A stretch of DNA of 59,374 bases from the IMG/VR virus record IMGVR_UViG_3300042453_005928, positions 1 to 59,374 of that record; one strand, given 5' to 3'. The stretch comes from a virus (lineage: Duplodnaviria > Caudoviricetes). Positions 49,078 to 57,795 of the stretch are shown one piece after another (the stretch's first letter is position 1; the number at the start of each line of letters is the position of its first letter). The translations under genes and the position numbers were made by a program. Below the pieces are notes generated by a model. That model made no database searches, had not been told where the DNA came from, and saw only the letters and a list, made by a program, of their open reading frames with translations.

Positions 49078-50337
49078 GTGACAATGGGAAACGATAAAAA
49101 AACTATTTTAATGTTGTGTGATCACCCACTATCAACGTCTGGTGTAGGGACGCAGGCAAGATGGTTGATACATGGTCTATTGAATACTGGTAAATACAGA
49201 TTTCGTGTTTTTGGCGGTGCAGTAAAACATGAAGATTACAGTGTAAATGTTGTTAATGAAGACTTTATCATCAAACCAACAAATGGGTTTGGTGATAGAA
49301 ATTTGCTGAGACAAACACTTGTTCAAGTAAGGCCCGACGCGCTTCTTCTTTTTACTGATCCACGATTCTTTATTTGGGTTTGGGAAATGGCAGATGAAAT
49401 TAGGCAGATTTGTCCAATAACTTATTGGCACTTGTGGGATAATCATCCATGGCCAGACTTCAATAAAGTTTTATATGAGTCTACTGATTTGATCAACTGC
49501 ATTAATTGGCCCACTTACAGTATGGTTAAAGAAAGATTTCCAGAAAAAACCAATTACATACCCCATGCAGTTCCAAAAGAGTTATATAAGCCACTTCCTG
49601 AAGAAGAGGTAAAGAAGTTTAAAAAGAAGCTACTTGGTGAAAAAAGAGTTGATGATTTTGTTGTCGGTTATGTAAGCAGAAATGCAAGAAGAAAAATGCC
49701 AAGTGATATTCTTGTTTCATGGAAAATGTTTTTAGACAACCTTGAATCAAAACACGGTCACAGAAAAGCAACCATGGTAATGCACACAGAACCCCTTGAT
49801 CCAGAAGGACCAAACCTTTATCACGTCACTGATATGCTTGGAATACAGGACAACGTAGTATTTTCTAAGAATAGAACTACATTTGAAGAAATGTGTGTTT
49901 TATATAACACGTTTGATACTATTGTCAACAGAAGTTCTAATGAAGGCTTTGGGTTGCCAACGCTTGAAATGATGATGTGTGGCAAACCAATCATAGCAAT
50001 AAAGACGGGAGGTTTAACAAGACAAGTAGAAGATCTTGAAACAGGTGAGCAATACGGTATAGCCCTAGAACCTGAAGTTAAGTCTTTGGTTGGTAATCAA
50101 ATGGTTCCTTACATATATGAAGATCTCGTATCACATGAATCTGTTTCAAATGCATTCATGAAGATGTACGAATTAGGACCTGAAGGTAGAAAAGAATTAG
50201 GAGCAAAAGCAATGAATCATGCTCATAAAGATTATGACTTAAATAATGTCGTAAAGAGTTGGGATGAAACGTTGAGTAGCACAATAAAAAAATGGAAAGA
50301 AGATAAACCATTGACCTGGACTCACACGGAGATTTGA
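49078..50337 (+). CDS. Glycosyltransferase family 4 (GT-B)
   Basis: D.P...SGVG, IPHAV, RN.RRK and EGFGLPTLEMMMCGKP...TGGL. Confidence 0.88.
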   Translation: MTMGNDKKTILMLCDHPLSTSGVGTQARWLIHGLLNTGKYRFRVFGGAVKHEDYSVNVVNEDFIIKPTNGFGDRNLLRQTLVQVRPDALLLFTDPRFFIWVWEMADEIRQICPITYWHLWDNHPWPDFNKVLYESTDLINCINWPTYSMVKERFPEKTNYIPHAVPKELYKPLPEEEVKKFKKKLLGEKRVDDFVVGYVSRNARRKMPSDILVSWKMFLDNLESKHGHRKATMVMHTEPLDPEGPNLYHVTDMLGIQDNVVFSKNRTTFEEMCVLYNTFDTIVNRSSNEGFGLPTLEMMMCGKPIIAIKTGGLTRQVEDLETGEQYGIALEPEVKSLVGNQMVPYIYEDLVSHESVSNAFMKMYELGPEGRKELGAKAMNHAHKDYDLNNVVKSWDETLSSTIKKWKEDKPLTWTHTEI

Positions 50338-51510
50338 ATGAAAAAGGTATTACTTAGAGGACCGTCACTTACACAATCTGGTTATGGAGTGCATACTAGG
50401 CAGGTAGCTAAATGGCTTCTTTCGAAGGAAAATATTGATGTAAAATTTCAAGTATTACCGTGGGGAGATACACAGTGGTTACTTGACAAGTATGCACATA
50501 ACGGGTTAGTTGAAAAGATTATGAAAGCAACTACTGAGGTAAAAAAAGATTCAAAGTATGATGTTTCTTTTCAACTTCAACTACCAAATGAGTGGGATTC
50601 AAATCTTGCAAATTTTAATGTTGGAGTAACAGCTGGTATTGAAACTGATGTATGTAATCCTGATTGGGTTGATGCGTGTAACAAAATGAACATGGTAATA
50701 GTACCGTCTAATCACGCAATGAACTCACTAAAAAGTAATGGTAAAATAAATGTACCAATTCATGTAGTTGCAGAATCTTTTTGCGATGAAATACTTGAAG
50801 AGCCACAACAAAAAACAGTTGAACGGCTACCACGATTTTCAACTGATTTTAACTTCTTGATCTTCGGCCAAATAACGGGTGATAATCCTTTCAACGACAG
50901 GAAGAATATATTCTTCACAATAAAGTGGTTATGTGAAGTATTCAAAGACGATAAAGACGTTGGAATTGTTCTAAAAACAAACATGTGTAGAAATACACAT
51001 ATTGACAAGCAACGTACTAAGCAATTACTAAAAACATTAGTAAAAGAATGTAGGACTGGATCATTCCCAAAGATACACTTGATACACGGAGATCTTTCAA
51101 ATGAAGAGGTCTCTGCACTTTATAAACATGATCAAATAAAAGCATTAGTTACCCTAACACGAGGTGAGGGTTACGGACTACCGATACTTGAGGCAGCTGC
51201 AAGTGGTTTACCAGTGATTGCTACAAACTGGTCAGGTCACACAGATTTCTTATCACACGGAAAGTTTATTCAAATTTCATATGCTTTGAAACAGGTACAT
51301 CACTCTAGGATTGATAAAAAAATATTTATGCCTAATGCAAAATGGGCAGAAGCAAATGAAGATGATTTTAAAAAGAAGGTTCTAAAATTTAGAAACAATC
51401 ATACTGTACCAAAAGAGTGGGCAATTGAACTTTCAAGTGTAATAAAAGAAAAGTATTCTTCTAAAGCTATTGAAAATGATTATGACAAACTAACAAAAGA
51501 TTTTCTATGA
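50338..51510 (+). CDS. Glycosyltransferase family 4 (GT-B)
   Basis: P.LTQSGYG, ETD, VPS.H, RKN and RGEGYGLPILEAAASGLPVIATNWSGH.DF. Confidence 0.88.
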   Translation: MKKVLLRGPSLTQSGYGVHTRQVAKWLLSKENIDVKFQVLPWGDTQWLLDKYAHNGLVEKIMKATTEVKKDSKYDVSFQLQLPNEWDSNLANFNVGVTAGIETDVCNPDWVDACNKMNMVIVPSNHAMNSLKSNGKINVPIHVVAESFCDEILEEPQQKTVERLPRFSTDFNFLIFGQITGDNPFNDRKNIFFTIKWLCEVFKDDKDVGIVLKTNMCRNTHIDKQRTKQLLKTLVKECRTGSFPKIHLIHGDLSNEEVSALYKHDQIKALVTLTRGEGYGLPILEAAASGLPVIATNWSGHTDFLSHGKFIQISYALKQVHHSRIDKKIFMPNAKWAEANEDDFKKKVLKFRNNHTVPKEWAIELSSVIKEKYSSKAIENDYDKLTKDFL

Positions 51511-51812
51511 TTATTGCACTACTATTTTTATCAATAACGTCACTATGTTCTATCGTTGGTTTGTATTATAGCGTAAAAAAAAACATACAGTTAATTGAAG
51601 AGTTAGAGGTAATAAACTCTCAGTTAGATTCATCCATAGAAGAATTAGACTATTTGCATAAGAAAATAGATAAAAAATCAAAAGTAGAATTATTTTCTGA
51701 CGAACCTATGATACGTGAATTAGTCGAAGATATTAAGCAAGCAAAAAAAATAGTCATGAGTATTTCTGAGTCTTTTACAGTTGAAAAAGAAAATAACACA
51801 AAAAGTTTATAA
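51507..51812 (+). CDS. Small membrane-anchored coiled-coil protein
   Basis: N-terminal hydrophobic helix followed by heptad repeats. Confidence 0.55.
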   Translation: MIIALLFLSITSLCSIVGLYYSVKKNIQLIEELEVINSQLDSSIEELDYLHKKIDKKSKVELFSDEPMIRELVEDIKQAKKIVMSISESFTVEKENNTKSL

Positions 51813-51829
51813 AAGAAAGTTCTAGTTTA

Positions 51830-52570
51830 ATGCGAAATAGAAAAAAAGAAGTTGAAAAAGGAAAGGGTCGGGAAAAGAAAATAGACAACCTCAAGCTATA
51901 TTTCAACTCAGACACTCAATTTGCTATTGTAAAGTTTCAATCAGCAACAAATAGAAAAGAAAGAGATCAATTATACGTAATAGAAATACTTCCTGCATTT
52001 GAAAAACTTGTAGAAAATTTAATCAATATACACAAGTTTGCAGGTTTGTATGATTCATATGATGATCTAAAAAATGATTGTGTAAACTTTCTTTTTGAAA
52101 CGATAAATAAATTTGATGCATCTCGTGGAACGAATGCATTTTCTTACTTCAACGTCGTTGCAAAAAATTGGTTGATCATAAAAACTAAGCAAAAATCACA
52201 AAAGACAAAGAAGAACGTAAGTATAGATGATCCTTCATCACTAACAAATCACGAAAAAAATATTATTGATGAACATAATTTAGTTCCTTCACAAGACGTA
52301 TCTCTTGAAGATCTTTTTTCATCTAGTTCAATTTCTGAGATCCTCTATCAAATAAGGGAAAAAGTACGAACTGAAAATGAGCTAATGTGTATCAATTCAA
52401 TAATCACTATATTTGAAAATATAGATGAAGTTGATCTATTGAATAAAAATGCAATACTTCTTTACATGAGAGAACTTTCCGGGCTCAGCCCTAAACAGCT
52501 TACTACTACAATGCAATCAATAAAAAAGTATTATAAAAAACTAATTTTTGAACAAAGAAATGAGGATTGA
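51830..52570 (+). CDS. Phage RNA polymerase sigma factor, T4 gp55-like (domain 2 only)
   Basis: YF...T..AI..F and DLKNDCV.FL...INKFDASRGTNAFSYFNVVAKNWLI correspond to sigma regions 2.2-2.4. No canonical region 4.2 motif recognised. Confidence 0.7.
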   Translation: MRNRKKEVEKGKGREKKIDNLKLYFNSDTQFAIVKFQSATNRKERDQLYVIEILPAFEKLVENLINIHKFAGLYDSYDDLKNDCVNFLFETINKFDASRGTNAFSYFNVVAKNWLIIKTKQKSQKTKKNVSIDDPSSLTNHEKNIIDEHNLVPSQDVSLEDLFSSSSISEILYQIREKVRTENELMCINSIITIFENIDEVDLLNKNAILLYMRELSGLSPKQLTTTMQSIKKYYKKLIFEQRNED

Positions 52571-52927
52571 ATGGAAACTTCAATTGAGGATTCTGAACTA
52601 AAATTAGAAAGTAAAGTAAGAGATTTTTCTAGTCTATTAGATCACATAGAAGGTCTTTCTGATAAAAAGAAAAAATTATGGAAAGAAATATATGAAAATG
52701 CTATCTATGATAGACAAAATGCATACATACTTTTCACTAAGGTTTTAGCTATTGTCGAAAACAAAAGTGTTGAACACGCAATTCATGGTAAATCACTTTC
52801 ATCGTATATTGAAAAAATGAGTAAAGCAAATGATCAGTTAATAAGACTTGCTGAACTCGTTGCAAAAGCAGAAAAAACAAATGATGAAATAGATCCAGAA
52901 GAAATGTTCAGAAAAATAAATACGTAA
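52571..52927 (+). CDS. Hypothetical helical protein
   Basis: 118 aa, starts immediately after the sigma stop codon. Confidence 0.6.
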   Translation: METSIEDSELKLESKVRDFSSLLDHIEGLSDKKKKLWKEIYENAIYDRQNAYILFTKVLAIVENKSVEHAIHGKSLSSYIEKMSKANDQLIRLAELVAKAEKTNDEIDPEEMFRKINT

Positions 52928-52930
52928 TAT

Positions 52931-54448
52931 ATGCCTTATAACCCACATACCTTATCAAAAATATCTGAAGGTACTATAACAAAAGTAGAAACCCAGATAA
53001 AAAACTTAGTACAGGATCCATTACCTGTATTTAGGAGGATGTTTATACTTGACGTCATATATGATCCTCACATTATTGACGATAACAAATTAAATTATTG
53101 GAACAACGTTTTGAAGGTATCAAATGCACAATATGCAAAGATACTTCCACGTAATTCAGTAGTTGCTCAGATGGCAAACATCGGAAACACAAGAATAACT
53201 CCAGTAATGTTTTTATTTCCATTTTTTCCATCACACCTTGCATTACCTTGTAAACCTGGAGAAATGGTGTGGGCAATGTTTGAAAATCCAGATTCAAGAA
53301 TCAAGGAAATGGGTTATTGGTTCTGTAGAATAACCGAGCCACATTTTATTGATGATGTAAATCACACTCATCATCCTATGCAGTTAGATCATTCATTAAG
53401 ATCTAGTGCAAAGAAAAAAGTACAAGAAACTGATGATCCTGTTTATGAATTAAGAAATGGAAAGACTGAAAAAAGAAAAAATGGTATAAGGTCAGTTGTA
53501 AAAGAATCTAGGTTGTTAGAAACAAATGATGAAGAAATTTTCGAAAAACTTGTGACCGAGACTGATGCGGCTAGGGTATCACAGTATGAATCAATTCCTA
53601 GGTTCAAAAAAAGACCAGGTGATATTGCGTTAGAGGGTAGTAATAATGCCTTAATAGTTCTTGGAACAGATAGGGTAAATAAAGCGGGAGATTATACTCA
53701 AAATGATTCGCAACCAGAAAGAGGCATAATACCTGAATTTTCAAGCTTTGATCTTGTTGGTGAAGCTGGATCTATTGACTTAGTCACTGGTAGAGGAATG
53801 ACCTCTTCAACGGGAGGTATCAGCACAATAACTTCAAAGATTGCAGATGGTGAAGAACTTAAATCTGAATTAAATAAAATAGAAGAAAATTTAGTTGAAG
53901 ATGAAGGAAATCCTGACTTAAAAAACGATAGAAGTAGAGTCCTAATCTCTCAAAGAACAAATGTAGATGCAAATTTTTCTTTAAAAGAATATTACGATAA
54001 AAAGTTTCCAAACAGTAAAATAGTCGACAGCCAAAATGATTCTGCAATTGTTATAAAATCAGATAAAGTAAGGATAATTGCTAGATCAGACATAAGTTTG
54101 ATAGTAAAAAATTATGAGGAAGCAAAAAAAGAACCTAACTCTAGGTATAAAGAGGAATCGTCTGATGATAAACTTTGGGCATCAGTCACAATAACAAGAA
54201 ATGGGGACGTAATTTTTACGCCAAGTGAAAAGGGTTATATAAAATTAGGTGGTGAAGACGCTGATAAAGCAGTTTTGTGCACCGCAAATAAGGCAAAACA
54301 AAATGATGGAAAAGTTTCTTCATTACCTATTGCATCAACTGCAGGTGGTTTCATTGGTACAACGGGAGGAAACACTGATAATGCTGCTGTTGGTTTATCT
54401 GCGGCACCTGACTTAGGAACTTTTTCTACCAAGGTTTTAATTAAGTGA
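52931..54448 (+). CDS. Putative baseplate hub/spike protein (gp5/VgrG-like)
   Basis: P.FP....LP.KPGE.VW..FE....GYW (OB-fold N-terminus of the gp5/gpV type), GDIALEG..N..IVLG, and beta-strand repeats (IVIKSDKVRIIAR, VTITRNGDVIF, YIKLGG); upstream of gp25/gp6. Confidence 0.6.
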   Translation: MPYNPHTLSKISEGTITKVETQIKNLVQDPLPVFRRMFILDVIYDPHIIDDNKLNYWNNVLKVSNAQYAKILPRNSVVAQMANIGNTRITPVMFLFPFFPSHLALPCKPGEMVWAMFENPDSRIKEMGYWFCRITEPHFIDDVNHTHHPMQLDHSLRSSAKKKVQETDDPVYELRNGKTEKRKNGIRSVVKESRLLETNDEEIFEKLVTETDAARVSQYESIPRFKKRPGDIALEGSNNALIVLGTDRVNKAGDYTQNDSQPERGIIPEFSSFDLVGEAGSIDLVTGRGMTSSTGGISTITSKIADGEELKSELNKIEENLVEDEGNPDLKNDRSRVLISQRTNVDANFSLKEYYDKKFPNSKIVDSQNDSAIVIKSDKVRIIARSDISLIVKNYEEAKKEPNSRYKEESSDDKLWASVTITRNGDVIFTPSEKGYIKLGGEDADKAVLCTANKAKQNDGKVSSLPIASTAGGFIGTTGGNTDNAAVGLSAAPDLGTFSTKVLIK

Positions 54449-54451
54449 ATT

Positions 54452-57187
54452 ATGCCGGGTATTATTGAAGATTTAGGTATTATCAGCAATGGTAAGTTAA
54501 CAAAAAACACTTATTCAGGATTTGTTGCTGACGTAAGAAGAAGGTTAAGAACGGGTTTGGGGATCCTAAAATCTCCTGACTTAGGAAAACCAACGGAACC
54601 TATTTCTTTACACGAACTTGCACAAATAGAAAAACAATTTCTCTTCCCAGAATTTCATAGTATCTGGAGAGAAAGATATGAAAAAATGGTAAGACAACTC
54701 AATGTCCCAGGAGGATTTGGGGTTGCTGCGACCACATTTTTAATAGATCCAGTTGCATTAGCAAAGGCAATGGGTGCAAAAGAAACTCCACAGGTAAAAT
54801 TTCCAGATATACTTTTTGAAATTCAAGGTTTGCCACCTCCTGATGGTCCTCCAGCCAAGCCACCAACACTTGAAGATGTAATGAACGATCCAGCAAGCGT
54901 TAAATCTGTTGACTTTTTCGACAGGTATCTAAAAGATATAGATCCATTAGATCCATCTAATATAACGAATTTAAAGAATATAATAAGTGCCCTACCGGTT
55001 CCAATCAAGCCAGAATTTCCTGATCCAAGGTTACTTAGGTATGGTTACACTGAGAGGTTTGCATTTGAAAATAAGGTCTATAACAGTCATCGCTCAACTC
55101 ATGGAACAATGCTTACACAAGCAATTACTCTTATTCCCAATACAGTAATTGAATTATCTAGCGGTGTAGGTTGTTATAGTTTAATGAAAGCCACCAGGGA
55201 AACTGCTGAGTTAACACAACCAAAACCAATGTCTACAAGCGTTTTTGAGATTGCAGCGCAAGAAATACTCTTACAACATCAAATAAAACTAGAAAGTGCA
55301 ATAATACTTGGACAGATGTTGGGAAGTGGTGCAATACTACAGGCACTTGCTGCAACTCCTGAAGAAACGGGTGGATTAGGAATTATCAACACGTCAACAT
55401 CACAACAAGGTGAAACCGCCGGAGGACTACAATCTAATGTTTCTAACTCTTCTACGTCAGGTGGCGGAGGAGGATCTTCTGTTTCTTCTGCTTCAACTTC
55501 TTTGCAATCATCTCCTGGATCATCAGATGGACAACAAGGTTTAGGATTTGCAAAACCACCTGATGATGTACCACCTCCTAGTGGTCAAACATCTCAAGAA
55601 GGGTTTGAAGGAGATACACAAAGTAGTTCAGAGTTTGCTCAAGATAAAGATGAACAATCTACAGGAACGCCTACTGGATTTGGATTTAGTGGTCCAAGCG
55701 ATGACATACCACCAGGAGATGGAGAAGGAAATTCTGATCCTTACCCAACAGAACAGGGTGGTGGTGGTCCAGCCGGAAGTCCAGAGCAAAATCAACCTTT
55801 TGGGTTTAGTCCTCCACCCGATGATGTACCACCTCCTGTTGGTTCAGATGGAGAAAATAACGGAGCAGGAACTGGGTATAATCAGACTCAATCATCAGCT
55901 GATGAACCTTTCCCTGACAATTATCCACCTGATGGAGGAAGTCAAGGGCAGCAAACGTACCCACCAGGTTATGGAGATGTACCACCTGACGTTGGCGAAG
56001 AAAGGCCTTATGCTCCACCTAAAGCCCGTCCACAAGAAACGCTTGGTGATCTTCAAGGTACAAGTCCTCCAAGCAGTTATGAGTATAATGACGATGGTAC
56101 ACCAGCAGATCTTAAGGAAATTGACATTGAAACAATGCCTATCCCTGAGCCAAATACCGCAAATTATAGCTCAGATGATGAGGAAGAAGACGTAGTTGAC
56201 AATAAAAGTTCTGCTGGCTCATTTTCTAAAAACTTATCAAATGTAAGAAAAAGAATAAAAGACCTGATACAAGGGGGTTCAACGTGTCCTGCTGAAGGTG
56301 GTTATATTGGCGGAATTTTAGGTCCACCACCTGATTGGCCATCTGCAGCACCTGGATTTGCAACTACGAATACAACTTTTAGAGGTGTTAGAGGAGGACC
56401 AGGAACCAAAGGAGATAAAGAATGGATAAATGTAATACCCGGTGCAAGAAGAATAATTGGCGGTGATTATACAACATATGAAAAAATAGCAGCTCAACCC
56501 GTAGATCCTTCAAACACAACTCAAAGCAAAGCAACAACATGTACTGTATTACCAGGTTGGTTGTTGGAAAATATTTTGTTTAACCCGGAAGACCCTGGAA
56601 GCGCTAGCGATTTTTTTATTATGCTTGATTCAGGTTCAGATGGAAAAGTTCTTGGAAATGGATTTCCATATGTAAAGGTACAGGTCGTACAAGGATCAAA
56701 TCAAAATAAAATAACACCATCAGCAGGTGGTTTAGGTACACCACCTTATCTTGCAGCATTTTTAGATGCATGGGTAAATGCTGATCCCACGAGTCAAAAT
56801 GTAAATCCAGGTTCTTCTCCAGGAGATCCAACCAAAAAACCAAAATATGGAGACATCTATTTAACTAGAGATAATCAAAAATTAATAAGACATATTGGTG
56901 CAATTGTTGCCTGGAATCCAACGGGAGGTTGGATTGGTACTGCTGACCTAGGACAGGGAAGTATTTCCAACAACCAACAAGGAATGGCATACTGTAAAAG
57001 ATCTGTAATCACCGACATAAAAACTGGTGCTATTTTAATCCAAGGTGAGTCTGCACAAAATGATGAAAAAAATAGTAGAATATTGATGGGATGGATAGAC
57101 ATGGACGTCTTTGTAAAAAAGCTATTAATGATAAATTCAGGTTTCTATGATTTAAGACAAAAACCAGGTTGGTTGTACGGGGTTTAG
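54452..57187 (+). CDS. Pro/Gly/Ser-rich baseplate-region protein with C-terminal CHAP/NlpC-like domain
   Basis: 911 aa with a central disordered repeat region. The C-terminus has TTC..LP.W.L ... PKYGDIY...RHIGAIV.....TADLGQG (Cys-His-Asp order). Confidence 0.55.
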   Translation: MPGIIEDLGIISNGKLTKNTYSGFVADVRRRLRTGLGILKSPDLGKPTEPISLHELAQIEKQFLFPEFHSIWRERYEKMVRQLNVPGGFGVAATTFLIDPVALAKAMGAKETPQVKFPDILFEIQGLPPPDGPPAKPPTLEDVMNDPASVKSVDFFDRYLKDIDPLDPSNITNLKNIISALPVPIKPEFPDPRLLRYGYTERFAFENKVYNSHRSTHGTMLTQAITLIPNTVIELSSGVGCYSLMKATRETAELTQPKPMSTSVFEIAAQEILLQHQIKLESAIILGQMLGSGAILQALAATPEETGGLGIINTSTSQQGETAGGLQSNVSNSSTSGGGGGSSVSSASTSLQSSPGSSDGQQGLGFAKPPDDVPPPSGQTSQEGFEGDTQSSSEFAQDKDEQSTGTPTGFGFSGPSDDIPPGDGEGNSDPYPTEQGGGGPAGSPEQNQPFGFSPPPDDVPPPVGSDGENNGAGTGYNQTQSSADEPFPDNYPPDGGSQGQQTYPPGYGDVPPDVGEERPYAPPKARPQETLGDLQGTSPPSSYEYNDDGTPADLKEIDIETMPIPEPNTANYSSDDEEEDVVDNKSSAGSFSKNLSNVRKRIKDLIQGGSTCPAEGGYIGGILGPPPDWPSAAPGFATTNTTFRGVRGGPGTKGDKEWINVIPGARRIIGGDYTTYEKIAAQPVDPSNTTQSKATTCTVLPGWLLENILFNPEDPGSASDFFIMLDSGSDGKVLGNGFPYVKVQVVQGSNQNKITPSAGGLGTPPYLAAFLDAWVNADPTSQNVNPGSSPGDPTKKPKYGDIYLTRDNQKLIRHIGAIVAWNPTGGWIGTADLGQGSISNNQQGMAYCKRSVITDIKTGAILIQGESAQNDEKNSRILMGWIDMDVFVKKLLMINSGFYDLRQKPGWLYGV
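55544..55987 (+). repeat. Intragenic degenerate repeats encoding GFxxPPDDVPP
   Basis: Copies start at 55544 (GFAKPPDDVPPP), 55682 (GFSGPSDDIPP), 55802 (GFSPPPDDVPPP) and 55973 (GDVPP). The DNA core gatgatgtaccacctcct is exact in two copies. Confidence 0.8.
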
Positions 57188-57283
57188 GATTGATACAAAT
57201 AAACTAAGTAATTCATAACAATTTTGATTTCATGAATTGGTTTGATTATGAGACAGGTTTAATATATAGAGATAGGAAACACA

Positions 57284-57781
57284 ATGTCTTGTGATGTCAT
57301 AAAAACTGTCTCATCAACAATCAATTTTAAGAGTGTTGGTGTAACAGGTAAAAAAACAATAGAAAGCATACAACTCCCAAGCATTATTCCTATCGGGATA
57401 AAGACTCCATTGAAGTTAGGAAAAAGTCATGGTATATTTGAGATGTATACTAACCTAGCTGATACACTTCATGACAATCTTAGAAATCTTATATTAACAA
57501 ACTGGGGTGAAAGACTTGGTCAATACTATTTTGGTGCAAATCTAAGACCTCTAACAACCGAGTATGCAAATCAGGAAGAATTTGACTCTGAAGCAGTTGT
57601 TAGGATAAAATCTGCAGTTAGTTTATGGATGCCGTTCGTAAATTTGATAGATTATACTTCTGAGTATGAAAAAAACGAACGAAAACCATCCACTGCATTG
57701 ATAAAAATTCAGGTATCTTATAACATATCAACAATTAATATACCTGAGCGTAAATTACGTGTAAATCTATATGTACTCTAA
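57284..57781 (+). CDS. Baseplate wedge subunit, gp25/GPW family
   Basis: IGIKTPL, DNLRNLILTNWGER.....FGANLR and I..AV..WMPFV. Confidence 0.88.
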   Translation: MSCDVIKTVSSTINFKSVGVTGKKTIESIQLPSIIPIGIKTPLKLGKSHGIFEMYTNLADTLHDNLRNLILTNWGERLGQYYFGANLRPLTTEYANQEEFDSEAVVRIKSAVSLWMPFVNLIDYTSEYEKNERKPSTALIKIQVSYNISTINIPERKLRVNLYVL

Positions 57782-57795
57782 CGGAAATCCATAAA

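Noticed and set aside
29302-51510. Interpretation as a bacterial O-antigen/capsule locus or an NCLDV genome segment
   Set aside because: No export or polymerase genes were recognised. The island shares promoter style with, and runs directly into, the phage sigma and gp5/gp25/gp6 genes; SD sites and overlapping operons indicate a prokaryotic virus.
55544-55987. Repeats spaced 120-170 nt apart, considered as a CRISPR array given the Cas4-like gene
   Set aside because: The copies are degenerate, in frame, conserved at the protein level, and inside a long CDS.
55548-56195. 215 aa alternative-frame ORF inside the Pro/Gly-rich gene, considered as an overprinted gene
   Set aside because: Its Met/Leu/Gln/His-rich composition is what a +1 shift of GAT/CCA/CCT/GGA codons produces; TTG start and no RBS. 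Cannot be fully excluded without ribosome data.
57188-57283. One of the longest intergenic gaps, examined for a terminator, tRNA or ncRNA
   Set aside because: No GC-rich hairpin with a U-tract and no cloverleaf seen; only an AT-rich promoter-like motif.
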